Source: Piromyces finnis finn (Eukaryota; Fungi; Neocallimastigomycota). Taken from it: a stretch of 64,000 bases of DNA. This document shows positions 23,201 through 36,559 of the stretch, in pieces (position 1 is the first letter of the stretch; every line of letters starts with the position of its first letter). The notes under the pieces were generated by a model. That model did no database searches. It was not told where the DNA came from and saw only the letters and a list, made by a program, of their open reading frames with translations. A program made the position numbers and the translations under genes. The stretch is from NCBI GenBank assembly GCA_002104945.1, contig MCFH01000017.1:310001-374000 (forward strand). Direction: 5' to 3'.

Positions 23201-25344
23201 TCTGATGCTACAGTATCATCCATTAATAATTCTAAAAAAGAGGTTCCACCAAGTCAGGAAATAAAACTTACCTATAACTTGAATCAATATGTATTTAAAC
23301 CAATGACAACTCATTATTTTAGATTGGTGGAAGAACAAGAAGTACAACAAAAATTAAAATTGAAAAAACAACAAGAAGTTCAGGAACAACAAGAACGCCT
23401 TAAACAACAACAACAACAATTTACGAAAAAGAAATTAATGGAAGAAGAAAGTCAGGAAAATGATAATCAAGATTTATCTGATAAAAATAAAACTAAATCA
23501 TCTACCTATGGCCAATCCTATTTAGAATTATTTAATCAACAGCAACGACAACAGCAACAACAACAACAAAAAGAAGGCTATTTAGATTCCTATGCTTTTC
23601 AATTATTAAAAAATAGAGAGGAAGGGGAAAGCAGTATAACCAATAGAAATAATAATAAAATAACTTTTGAGAAAAATGTTATGATTTCAAGTCATAAAGA
23701 TCAAGTAAATTTTAAAGATACAAATGGTAATGATAGTGATGAGGAAGAAATGGTATTATCTCGACAACAAAAAGATAATATATCATTATCGTCAATAAAG
23801 AATGATACTAAAGAAAATTCAACAAACAGTATAGACACTAAAAAATCAGATAATAGTAATAGTAGTAGTAGTAGTAGTAGTAGTAGTAAAAATAGTCTTT
23901 CCTCTAACATTTCACTTTCAACCACGCCAAAAATTAAATTACATCGTACATCAAAAAGTAGAGAAAAACAAAAACAACTTTTCAATTATCCTATTAAATT
24001 GGGAAGTCTTGGACCTGATATGAAAAATGAAGAGTATCTTCAAAAAGTAATTAAATATTAAATTTATTTTATTTAATTTTTATTATATTGATATTTTTCA
24101 TGATTAGTTTTCTTTTTAAATATCTATTTGAAAAATATATATGTATATATCATTTAAAAAAAAAAACATTTATATACAAATACTAAATATCATTCATATA
24201 TAATTGTTATAATTATTATTATTATTATTATTTGAAAATGTTGACATATAGATCGAAAAAAGAAAAAAACAATTAGAATATGCCAATAAGATTCGAAAAT
24301 TACATATTAATGCTCTTTCAAGAGGTAATGATAATTCAATTGTTACAGTAGATCGTCATTCTACTCTAGTGACTCCTACCCAACCATCGAATTCATCAAT
24401 GGTAAGGGTAGAAAATCGAATGAATCTTCTTCAAACCAAAAAAACGTATACCCATAAAAAATTAATTAAAGATTTTAACGAAAAAATTAATGAATATCGT
24501 CAACAACAAGAAATGGCTTCTCAAAAATTAAATAAAGTAATTTTTTTACAATAATATTATAGATTATAGAATATAGGATTTTAAAAACTAAAAATTGAAA
24601 AGATATATTATAATTTTTTATGTTATTTTTTTAAAAAAAAATAAAATAAAATAAAAAACATTATAGATTAAATTTTTACTTTTAATATTTTCTATATAAT
24701 AATAGATGAAAAAGTATGCTAAATCTATACCAAAACCATCCCAAGTAGACGCTAGAAATATTTTAAAAGAAAAAATAAGTCAAGCAATAGATGAACAACA
24801 ACAACAACAACAACAACAACAAATAGCATCATTAATGAATGATACGTATGATAATGATGAAGATATAATAAAATCAATAGATGAAGAATTAAAAGAGGAT
24901 GAAAATAATAAAAATCTTTTAAGACGAATAAATTCTCAAATTCCCATTCCCTCAAAAGATAAGAAAAAGAAGAAAAAAAAGGAAGGAAGTTATCAAAAGA
25001 AAAAATATAAAAACCATACCACTATTACTAAATATTCAGAAATTGAAAAAGAAAGATTGCAGTATAAAGGAATAGATGATTCCATGACTACCCTAAATTC
25101 CTCTGATAATCCATTAACTTTTTCACCTTCTTCCCCTTCTTTTCATTTATCCTCATCAAATGACCCATCTTCTTCTTCTATTGAAGAAGCACTCACTTCC
25201 GCCACAGATTCAAATATTTCTAAAAGACAAGATTTAATTTTACCTCCCATATCACCAACTCAATTTCAATTATGGAATTTAGAAAAAGAGCATCGTAAAG
25301 CAATGGACAAAGTTGAACATATTAAAAAGGAATTAAATCTTTAA
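20284..25344 (+). CDS. Large low-complexity protein with C-terminal JHY-like (cilia-associated) domain; 4 exons
   Basis: Exons 20284-22913, 23161-24046, 24252-24536, 24706-25344, with in-frame GT-AG joins checked. Spliced motifs IKLGSLGPD...KIEKRKKQLEYANKIR, MKKYAKSIPKP and LEKEHRKAMDKVEHIK resemble the remembered JHY C-terminus (KLGGLGPD, QKEYAKQVK, ALEYAKTIPKP, LQNRHEREKQAV). Confidence 0.65.
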
Positions 25345-28300
25345 ACTTTATCATACCCATACTATTTTTATATTATACTTTTACAAAATGATAAAAATTT
25401 TTATTAAAATATCTTTTTTTTTTTTTTTGCCTTATTACAACTTTTTAAATAAAACACAGTAAAAACGATAACAATAGAATAAATAAATAATTTAAAATAA
25501 TTTTAAAGTACGTTTTAATTATAAACTATATTGTATATATATTAATAAAAGAAAATGAAATTACATATAAAAGAGGAAAAAAAAAGTTTATTTTTTTTCC
25601 TTTCATTTCATACTAAAATTTTAAACAAAATAATTTAAAAATAAAACAATTTGCTTTCTTTTCACTGAAAAAGTCAATTACTTAAATGTATTTTAATTAC
25701 CTTTTTTTATATGCTCAATAATTATTATAATATTGACAATAGGATGTTTTTACTTATTGTAAAGTCGTTTTTTTTTCCTTTTTCTAAAATTTGTACTTGT
25801 AGAATATTGTATTCTATAAATATTTTGTATGTGGCTTTTATAATATATATAATATATTATATTTTACCAAGTAAATAATACTACTTAAATATATGGCTGA
25901 TAATATATAAATTAAAAATGGAAAATTATATAATTAAATGAAATTGTCAACTTTATTAATATATGAAGCAATGGCCAAATTTTCTTTTTTTTATATATTA
26001 AATTATGGATAATTCCAGCAAATAATTTTGGTAATATTATAAAAAAGCAATATATTAGAGTATAATCTAATAAAAGAAATATTAGATGAATAAATTCAAT
26101 TGAAAAAGTGGATTTTTAAAAAGGTAAAGATCTTTTATAATATACAACTAGAACTATAAAGACTATTCAAATAGCAATGAAGACAACAAAAAAAAAAAAA
26201 AAAAAAAAAAGAAAAGAAAAGCACATTTTTATATTACAAAATTAAAAGTGAAACTAAAAAAAAAGAATGATATAATAGTATTTGTAGAATATTTTAAAAG
26301 TAAATTTATATTATTAATAAGCATAAAATATATTCAAAAATGAAATTGATATTATAAAGGACAAATATGGAATATATATATATTTATTAAATGGTTATTA
26401 TTTCTACTTTTTTCGTTTTTAGCATACTATTTCAAAAATAGCTTATGGATGAATTTTATATAAGATAGTAAAAAAAAAAAATAATAGCTAACTAATTCAA
26501 AAAATAAAAATTGAAAAAAAGGCTCAATTACTCTTTACGATCAACACCATCCATACCATTAATAGTCTTTAATATTTTTAATCTACTAACTTAGACAGCA
26601 TTAGAGTCCATTATACTATTAAATTTTGTTATAGTATTGTCCAACTATAAAATTTTCTATTTAAAAAGAGATTCCTTTTAATAAAATAAGAAAGGATATT
26701 AATAAAGAGTTTTGTATTTTTTATTAAAGCAAAGTAGAAGTATATATCTTAATAATTAACTTTTTTATCTATTCGCTTATTTGAAATTTGAAACTGTACT
26801 GAATGTATAAAAATTACTATTTATTGATCAATACATATTATTTAATATTCCACAAATAAAAAGTCAATCTCAAAAATGTATACAATTAAAATATTTTAAT
26901 ACAATTTTAAAAAATTAAAAAAAAAAAGGAGATTAAAAAAAAATATTATTTATTAAACTTTTGTTAAGCATTAAAAAGATGTTTTTTTTATAAATAAACA
27001 AATGATGGTGGTGGTGGTGGTGTTGATGGTGGTTAATTTCAAGCAAAAATTAAAAAAATAATTTTTTTTTAATTTTCTTCTTTATTTGTTTTATTCAAGG
27101 AATGAAATTTTACAACAACTTTATTCTTGGACTAGTTTTTTTTAAAAAGAAAAAATTCTTTTATTACAATACATTTGTATACATTATTGTAATATGGAAT
27201 GTTTTAATCACAAGATAATATAAAAAAAATTGCTTAGCGAATCATTAGAGTGTAATATATTATATTATATTAATAATGTATTTATAAATAGTATTAATAT
27301 ATTATATAATATAATTGTTTTTATTGGATACATACATAAAATAAAAATTATATTAGAATTTTTGATAGTTTAAAGTTTATTTATTATAAAATAAATTAAT
27401 TTTTATATACTCATTGTATAATAAATATATTTGAAACAAGAATTTATTAATTAATTTAATAATATATTAAATTAATATATTTATGTGGAAAATTGAAAGG
27501 AAAAAATAATTGCCATTTAAAATATAAAGGAAGGAAGTATTATTCTATTAAAAAAAAGTATAACATATATAAATGAATAAATAAATAATTTAAATAAATT
27601 GAGGTGATTATTTAATAGTTGCTAGCATAAAAGAAGCCATGTAATTCAATTATTTATTATCATCAAATAAAATATTACTATTTTATAGTCATAGCATTCA
27701 TAACAATATAAATGGTGTTTTTAATGGTATTCTTTTTTTTTCATCTTAAAATAGTTAACTTTCAAAATGGATTAAACCAATAAAAATTAGACTTAATAAA
27801 TGTATAAATATTATTTATTTCAATAATATTTATATTAATAATTAAATAAATAAATAATAAATAAATAAATGTATTTCTATAATATAATAATAATCATATC
27901 TAATAAATTAAATTTGAACGAATCATTTTCACTTAAATTTAATTAATGAGAAATGTAACATAAAAGATTATTCATTAAAATATTCTTTGTTAATATTTAA
28001 AGTAATAAAGAAATTTTTTATATAGTAATTATCAAGGCAGAGTTGAAAAAATAATTCAACTTAACTATTTCATTTAGTAATAAAAATAAATAAGTGGTAA
28101 ATTTGTATATAATAAATGTGATAGCAAACAATAAGAAAAACTTTTTTTTATCAAGTCAAATTGATGGGTTTTTTTTATTTGTAAAATCTCAAGTTTAAAA
28201 TATAAAAAAAAGAAATCAAAACTTTAATAAATATGAATTTAAATTTGTTTCATTTTTTCATAAATCTTAATTAATAATAAATTTTATTTTAATAGAAAAA

Positions 28301-28637
28301 AAAATTTAGGCACGACTTTTTAGGCAAAAAAAAAATAAAAGTTTCCTAATAAAAGGGAAAAAAAAAAACTATAAATTTTGAAAAGGTTTTAAACTTTTTA
28401 TACAATTTTTTTGAAATATAAATTATGAATTATGGTATGAGTTCAAATAATAAAAATAATAATATAGCAAAACAATAAAATAATGAATAAGAGATTTAAA
28501 GAATGATATAGTAAGATAAAAAGCATAGTAAAAAAAGTAATATAATTTTAATAATCTTATTATGTTAATGATAAAAATAATATTTTTATACAATCCAATT
28601 TAATTAGTATTAGCATAAATGTTAGATTTAGTATATT

Positions 28638-29870
28638 TACTATTACTATTACTATTACTATTACTATGACTTTGACTATTACTATTACTATTACTATTAC
28701 TATTACTATTACTATTACTTTGACTATTACTATTACTATGACTTTGACTATTACTATTACTATTACTTTGACTATTACTATTACTATTACTATTACTATT
28801 ACTTTGACTATTACTATTACTATGACTTTGACTATTACTATTACTATTACTATTACTATTACTATTACTATTACTATTACTATTACTATTACTATTACTA
28901 TTACTATTACTATTACTATTACTATTACTATTACTATTACTATTACTATTACTATTACTATTACTATTACTTTGACTATTACTATTACTATGACTTTGAC
29001 TATTACTATTACTATTACTATTACTATTACTATTACTATTACTTTGACTATTACTATTACTATGACTTTGACTATTACTATTACTATTACTATTACTATT
29101 ACTATTACTATGACTTTGACTATTACTATTACTATGACTTTACTATTACTATTACTATTACTATTACTATTACTATTACTATGACTTTGACTATTACTAT
29201 TACTATTACTATTACTATTACTATTTACTATTACTATTACTATTACTATTACTATTACTATTACTATTACTATTACTATTACTATTATTTACTATTACTA
29301 TTACTATTACTATTACTTTACTATTACTATTACTATTACTATTACTATTACTATTACTATTTACTATTACTATTACTATTACTATTACTATTACTTTACT
29401 ATTACTATTACTATTACTATTACTATTACTATTACTATTACTATTACTATTACTATTACTATTACTATTACTATTACTATACTATTACTATTACTATTAC
29501 TATTACTATTACTATTACTATTACTATTACTATTACTATTACTATTACTATTACTATATTACTATTACTATTACTATTACTATTACTATTACTATTACTA
29601 TTACTATTACTATTACTATTACTATTACTATTACTATTACTATTACTATTACTATTATATTACTATTTTTACTATTACTATTACTATTACTATTACTATT
29701 ACTATTACTATTACTATTACTATTACTATTACTATTACTATTACTATTACTATTACTATTACTATTACTATTACTATTACTATTACTATTTTTTTTATTT
29801 ACTATTACTATTTTTACTATTACTATTACTATTACTATTACTATTACTATGACTTTGACTATTACTTTGA
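28638..29870. repeat. ~1.2-kb (ACTATT)n hexanucleotide satellite with recurrent ACTATG-ACTTTG variant cassette
   Basis: Directly visible. Variant cassettes are concentrated in 28665-29190; the 3' half is nearly pure with single-base slips. Confidence 0.95.
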
Positions 29871-31380
29871 CATTATCTTTTTTTTATTGCTTATTTTTGC
29901 CATAGCAAACTTTAATCTAGCTTTTAATTTACCATAAATTTTTTTTAATAATATTTTATCATCAAATATTTAATTTAAAATTTTTAATTTATATTAAATC
30001 TTGGTAATATTTCAAAATATATTAATATATATTAATAATATATAAAATAATATATGTTGTATTGATTATAATATATTTCAATATATTTATCTTTATGATG
30101 TTATTTCCATTTTATTGTAAATTAAATCATATTTAATTAATAGAAATTAAAGTTTTTTCTTTTTTAATTCTTTATAATATATTGAAATAATTATTTATTT
30201 ATAATTTATTTATATTCTATACATATATTAATGTTAAGTTTTCAATACATAGAATATATTTATAATATATTTTACCATATATTTAAATTGACTATTTGAT
30301 TTTTTTTTTTTCTATTTGAAATTATCATAAAATTTATAAACTTTGATTAAAACAGTTTATTTTTATTTATTTATTTATTTATTTATTTATTAATATTTAT
30401 TTAAATGACTGATTTAGATTGACCTTTTTTTTTTTAATTATCATCTTTTATTAATGGATAAACAAATCATCATTAATGGTGTACTAAGAAAAAAATAAGA
30501 ATTAATTTCAGTTTGACCAAATCAATTGACTATTAAAAAAAAAAAACACATTTTATTTTCGTACAATTAAATCAATCATTTAAATAGCTATAAATATATT
30601 TCATTAGTTAATAAAAATAAAGAAATATTAAAAAGTTTACATCTATTCTGCTATCAAAAACTCGAATACATTTTAATATTCTTATTATTAGATAAAGATA
30701 TCACTATTTATATCCATTAAGAATTGAAATACTATTAAAATAATAAAAAAAGAAAGGTTTAATTTAAAAAAAATCATTTGTAAGAAAAAGAATATATCCT
30801 TAATATTATAAAATACTAACTAACAAAAATTTAGAAAAGTTTTTTTTTTTTTTGTTTTGTAATTAATAACGATAATAGGTAGAATTTTTTATTGTAATAA
30901 TGATTCTTTATTTTTAAAAAAAAAATAAAAAAAAAGGAAAGGATAAAAACTTAAATTTCAACATTAATTAATGACAGAAATCAATAATTAATAAATGCTA
31001 CATTATCATTTAATCAATTATTATTTTTTTTTAGAAAAAGAAAAGCATTTAAATATTAGCTTGTAATAAAAATATTAATGTATTCTTGTAATTTTCTTTC
31101 AAAATTTTATAAAAACTTTTATAATTTAATATTATATCAAAAGAATTAAAATACGGGATTATTAAAAATATAACTAATTTAAATATTGCCTATTTTAATA
31201 TAACATATTACTATCAATTATAATATTCAATTTCATCTATCTTCTCAACATATTTTTTTTAAATTAATTAAAAAAAATAAATTAATTACTATATAAAAAA
31301 AAGTATTATTATAGGTTAAATAATTCTATGTTTTTAAAATTTGTAACTAATCGTATATTAAATTTAAATTATCAAAGAAA

Positions 31381-34300
31381 ATGTCAGTAAAACGAAATAA
31401 CAGTGAATTAAATGACGATACTATACATAGTATGGCAAAGTTAAAAAGTGAAACTGAAGAGCAATGTAAGGAAAAACATTATGAATTCGATCAGATATTA
31501 CAACTACAAAATAAACAATTATTGGAATTGGAACTGGAACAGAAAAAACAACAGGAAAAACTAAAAATAAAACAACAACAACAAACAAACAACTTAAAAA
31601 AAGTGCTCAATTTAAATATACCATTCAAGGAAAAGCAACGAATCCTCAATGAACAAAAAAATAATCTTTTAAAAAGAGCTAAATATCGTCAAGAAATTCT
31701 TGACCATCAACCACCCGTTGAAATGGCTTTAAAAATGGTATTATATTTTCAACATCAACATCACCAAGATACCTATAATCTTCTTCTCTATCAACATAAT
31801 CAACTTCAACATGCAAAAAGTAGAAAAGAACAGGCTCATTTATTCCTGGAACATCAACAAATGTTTTTAAAATTAATTGATATTCAACAAAAAGTATTAC
31901 TACAAACGTTAGTGGAACAACAAGAAAAAGCGGAATACGAAATAAGTGCAATACGTCATCTTTCCTTAAACGATAAGGATGATGACGATAATGAGCATAC
32001 AGATGTTGATGATAAAAGATCAGATGATGCAAAAAATCAAACATCTTTTGAAACTTTGGAAGAAAGAAAAAAAGACAGTACTATATTTGAACTACCTCAA
32101 GATAAAGATTTTGAATCACTAAAACAGCCAATTCCATCAACTCCTAATCAGATTCTAGCACCTTACTTTTTACGTAGTCATAATAAAAATAAAAGTGACA
32201 GTCAAAGACTTAGTCGTGATAAGGATCAAAGTGACACTCAAAGGCTTAGCCGTAATAAAGATCAAAGTGACACTCAAAGGCATAGTCGAAGTATTAGTCA
32301 AAGTTCGAGTGATTCCTCCTCTTCTACAACCTCTTTAATAATGTCTTCACCTCTTTTTTCATTCACCGAACCTAAAAGTACAGAGGCATTAAACGAAGAA
32401 ATAAAAGATTCTTATTTACTGAAAGATGTTGTACAAAAACATAATATGAATAATTTTGATGATCATAAACGTAAAGAAAAGGAATTTATGGAACGTTCTT
32501 CTGCTTATTTAGAGTGTAAAAATATTAAAGATATAAAAATTGACGTTCCAATTCATCCATCTTATCACAAAAAAATGAATGGAGATACCAAAAAAAATAT
32601 TGATGACTTTTTCTACAAAGCCTATCAAAAATATACAAAAACAAAATTTATTAAAACTCTTCGTGATGATATGATCAAGAATGGCTTTAATAAAAATGTC
32701 TTTAAAAGTATTTTTGATGAAGAGAATAATGAAAATAGCTATGATGATGATGATGGTAGTAATGAAAGAATTATTACTAAGAATTCACATACCATTTCTT
32801 CTGATTCCCTTCCACCATCATTAGAAGGAACATCTACAGGTACGAATATATCCCATAAAAAAAACTTACTAGCAACAACAACCAACATCACCACAACAAT
32901 TTCATTGTCATCAATAGATAATTCAAATGATATTCTGCCAAGCACAACTGATAAAAGTAACTATGATACAAAAGAAATTAAAAAAGAAAAAGAGAAAAAA
33001 GAAAGAGAAGAAGATGACAAAGAAAAAGATAATGAAAAAAATGATGATGAAAAAGAACAATTTATTATCTCTAGAGGAAGACCAAAAAATTCCACTAAAA
33101 ACAAAATGGAAGTATATAAATCAAAAATGAAAAAAGGATCCAAAGATAATATGGAAGGAACTGTTATTGTTGATGGAGAAGTTATTAAATATAAAGAATA
33201 TATTGTTGAAAATAAAGATCAAAGTGGGAATAAATCAGGTATTAAATATAAGCATAAACGGATTATTCGTCGTTACTTTTGTTCTAAAGAAGGATGTCGT
33301 AAATCATTTACAACAAGGTAAAGGGATGATGAAATAAAAAATATTACAATTTATATAAAAATCAATATTTATAAAAGATACAAGAGGAGAACTACAATTT
33401 ACCTCTTTAATTATAAAAAAAAAATTTTTTTTAACCTTTATCCAATAGTTTTTCATAGATAAAATATAGATTTATTTAATATTATATATTATTATATAAT
33501 ATATTTTTTAACCTTTTTTTTTTTTTTTTTTTGATTTTCAATCTATACAGTGGACATGTCATAAGACATATTCATTCATGTCATTTAGCTCTAAGACCTT
33601 TCATCTGTAAATATCCTGGATGTAGATCTAGATTTGGACGTCAAGATAATCTTCGTCAACACTATAAAGTACATTTTCGTAAATATCCTAAAATTAAGTT
33701 TAATTATCGGGAGGTTCTCACTCAAAAACAAATTAGAGAATTAAATATTAGTCCTGAAATTATGAATGTTAATAATGATGAGCTTTACCAATACAGAAAA
33801 AGTAATAAAGAAAAAAGTGATGATAATATGGATGATAATGAAAAGCATAATATGGTTTACCAAAAAATGGATCATAATCAAGAAACATGTGTATTAGATC
33901 AACCTATTCCCTCAAGTTTCCAAAATACTAAATCAGAAATAGTTGCTGATGATTACAGAACAGATTATTCCAACACTCTTTATGATGATCAAACATCTTA
34001 CGAAACACCTTTTTCCAGTACTATTTATGACGACCAAGCATCTTATTCCAGTACAACATACGATGACCAAATATCCTCTTCATTCGTAATTGAAGACGAA
34101 TATAAAAATTTAACGAGTGATCTTGTAGTCCTACCAGGAACTGAATTAGTTCCAACAGCAAATGAAAGTGATATTATTGATTTAGAACAAAAAACGTTAT
34201 CTAAAGAAAAACATTTTTCTTTACCTGAAGAATCATCAAAAAGGAAAGAGAAAACCAAAACATCAACAGAAGATCATCCTGAGAATGACCAAGAAGAGGG

Positions 34301-35627
34301 TGATACGAGTTCAAATCCATCAAATTCAGTAAAAATGAAAATTAAAATGAAGAATAAAATGAATAAAGCACCAACCTTTAAGAATAAACAAAACCATAAT
34401 ACGGAAATCGAAATGAATTGGAAATTAAAGAACCCTATGGTAGATACAAATCTAAACCTAACCACTGAAAATAACACCAAGGATTCTCAAATGGATAAGG
34501 ATACCTCTTTTCCTACTTCATATGCCTCAGAATATGATGTTCAATACACTCTAGAATTAGACCGATCACATCCTTCAATGAACAATATTCCATCCACTTC
34601 CCAACTCACTTCACTTCCAATAAAGATGGATAATCCAAAGGTTGGAACTCTAGATCCTAATAATAGTAATGTTTTAAATATATCCAATGTTCCTGCAATC
34701 ATGCCTTCACCATTCTTAAAAAAAGTTGAACCAACATCAGTTATTTCGCAACAATTATTTACTAGTCCAAGTTTGAACGCTTTAAATTCTCTCTCCTTAT
34801 CCAATATTACTAACCCAAATGAACATGGTACAAAAGCATCAACACTAAATAAATCAGATGATGAGAGTATTACAATTCCAGGCAAGATCACTACATTAAC
34901 ACCATTATCCACTACAGCTAATACAATGATATCCAACAATCCTTCGAATCGCCTAATGTCATCTAATAATAGTTTTTCTATCTCTAGTTTAGATAGTCAT
35001 TCCATGGTAAGACCAACCCCAACCGTCAATCGTTCCAATTCATTACCAAATCCGCAGCATACCCCAATTGTTGCACTGTCTTCTACATCCTCTAACACCA
35101 CCTCATCCGATTATTTAGACATTATTCAATTACCACCTCCTATGTTATCCCAAGATCCAGACCAAAGAGTCAACCCCTCTTTACCTCCACCTATATCCAT
35201 TTCAAAAAACTACTTTATAACCCATCCAAGTCAAGCCAGTTCTCCAACCACAACACTCTATGGTCAAAATGTTTTATACCAAACGATACCAACACCTCTA
35301 TCTTCAAATCCTCAACAAAATGTTCAAGTTCCATTCCCATCATTGGATTATTCTTCATCCTATGATAATACATCTTCCACCTCCACCACTCCTTCTTCTT
35401 CAAAGGTTTACCTTTCCAATACTTCGTATCATTCCGTTAATCCAGAAAATACCTTCCAAAATACCAATCCATGGCTTTTAGAATTCCAACCCATTACCAC
35501 CCCTGCCTATCAAAATTATCCAAATTATCATTTAAATTCCATTGAAAATTCCGATATGGAAATTATGAAAAAGCGATTACATACCACTACCGCCACACAA
35601 AACATTGATTCTTTTTACTATATTTAA
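31381..35627 (+). CDS. C2H2 zinc-finger transcription factor, Nrg1-like finger pair; 2 exons (~1337 aa)
   Basis: Exons 31381-33317 and 33551-35627 (ag|GT...AG|t). The spliced fingers YFCSKEGCRKSFTTSGHVIRHIHSCH and FICKYPGCRSRFGRQDNLRQHYKVH resemble Nrg1 (FTTSGHLARH; CxxxGCxxRFSRHDNCLQHYRTH). Gln-rich N-terminus, Ser/Pro/Thr-rich C-terminus. Confidence 0.85.
32185..32290 (+). repeat. Three 36-bp coding repeats (xSDx/TQRLSRxKDQ)
   Basis: NKSDSQRLSRDK / DQSDTQRLSRNK / DQSDTQRHSRSI in the translation. Confidence 0.8.
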
Positions 35628-36442
35628 TCACCATCACCATAGGATTGACTATCCAACCAGCGATAAAGAAAAAAGCAGTTTTTTTTTAATTTAAAAACAT
35701 CCTTTTTACCCTATCCCATGAACATTTCATAGATAACGTTATCTTTATTAATTTGTAATAGCTAAAAGACTAAAAACAAAAGTACAATAATTATTCTATT
35801 CAGTATATATATATATTTTTTTTTAATTTATATAATATGAATGTATGAATGTGTAAATATGTATGAATGTATGGATTAAATAATTATCTTTATTAGAGAA
35901 TAGACCAGAATAAAATTTGTATTAAGTAATAAAAATACGAAGAAGAAAGGATTAACTTTTAAAAATATCAAAGTTTTTCTTTCTTTCTTTATTAAAAGTA
36001 TAATTTTATAAATTTTATGAAATAAATGTTTTATGTTTTCGGTAAAGGTATCTTTTTTTTTTTTTTTTTGAAAGGTTCGGTGAACAAAAAAAAAAAAAAG
36101 AAAAAACTAATTACGTATTCGTTTTTCTTGTACATTTTATTAACATTGTATACGTAATGTAATGGAATAGAATGGAACGCATTCCATAAAAAAAGATTTC
36201 AACCAAAATCCCGAAACTTTAAAAATCTTTAATCCTTCCTATAAATATAATATTTAAATAGTTTTTTTTTTTCTTCTTTTTCAAATTTCTTTTATATATA
36301 TATATATATATATATTTAAAAGGTAAAAAGCATTTTTAGAAAAGAATAAAGTAAAAAAAAAAAAAAAAAGGTATAAAGACGTTTTAATTTTAAAAAAAAA
36401 AAAAAAAAAATTATAATAAAAAAAAGAAACATTTCAAAAATA

Positions 36443-36474
<32 letters not shown>

Positions 36475-36559
36475 GCACTCATTATATCAATATAAAAACT
36501 TTTATTATTAATAACATTTTAGGATTTTACAAGTTATACATAAATTTTATAAATTTAAA

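Noticed and set aside
28666-29852. Poly-TI / poly-Y / poly-L ORFs; telomere-like repeat
   Set aside because: Translations of the ACTATT satellite. The unit is not G-rich or TTAGGG-like and is internal, so there is no support for a telomere.
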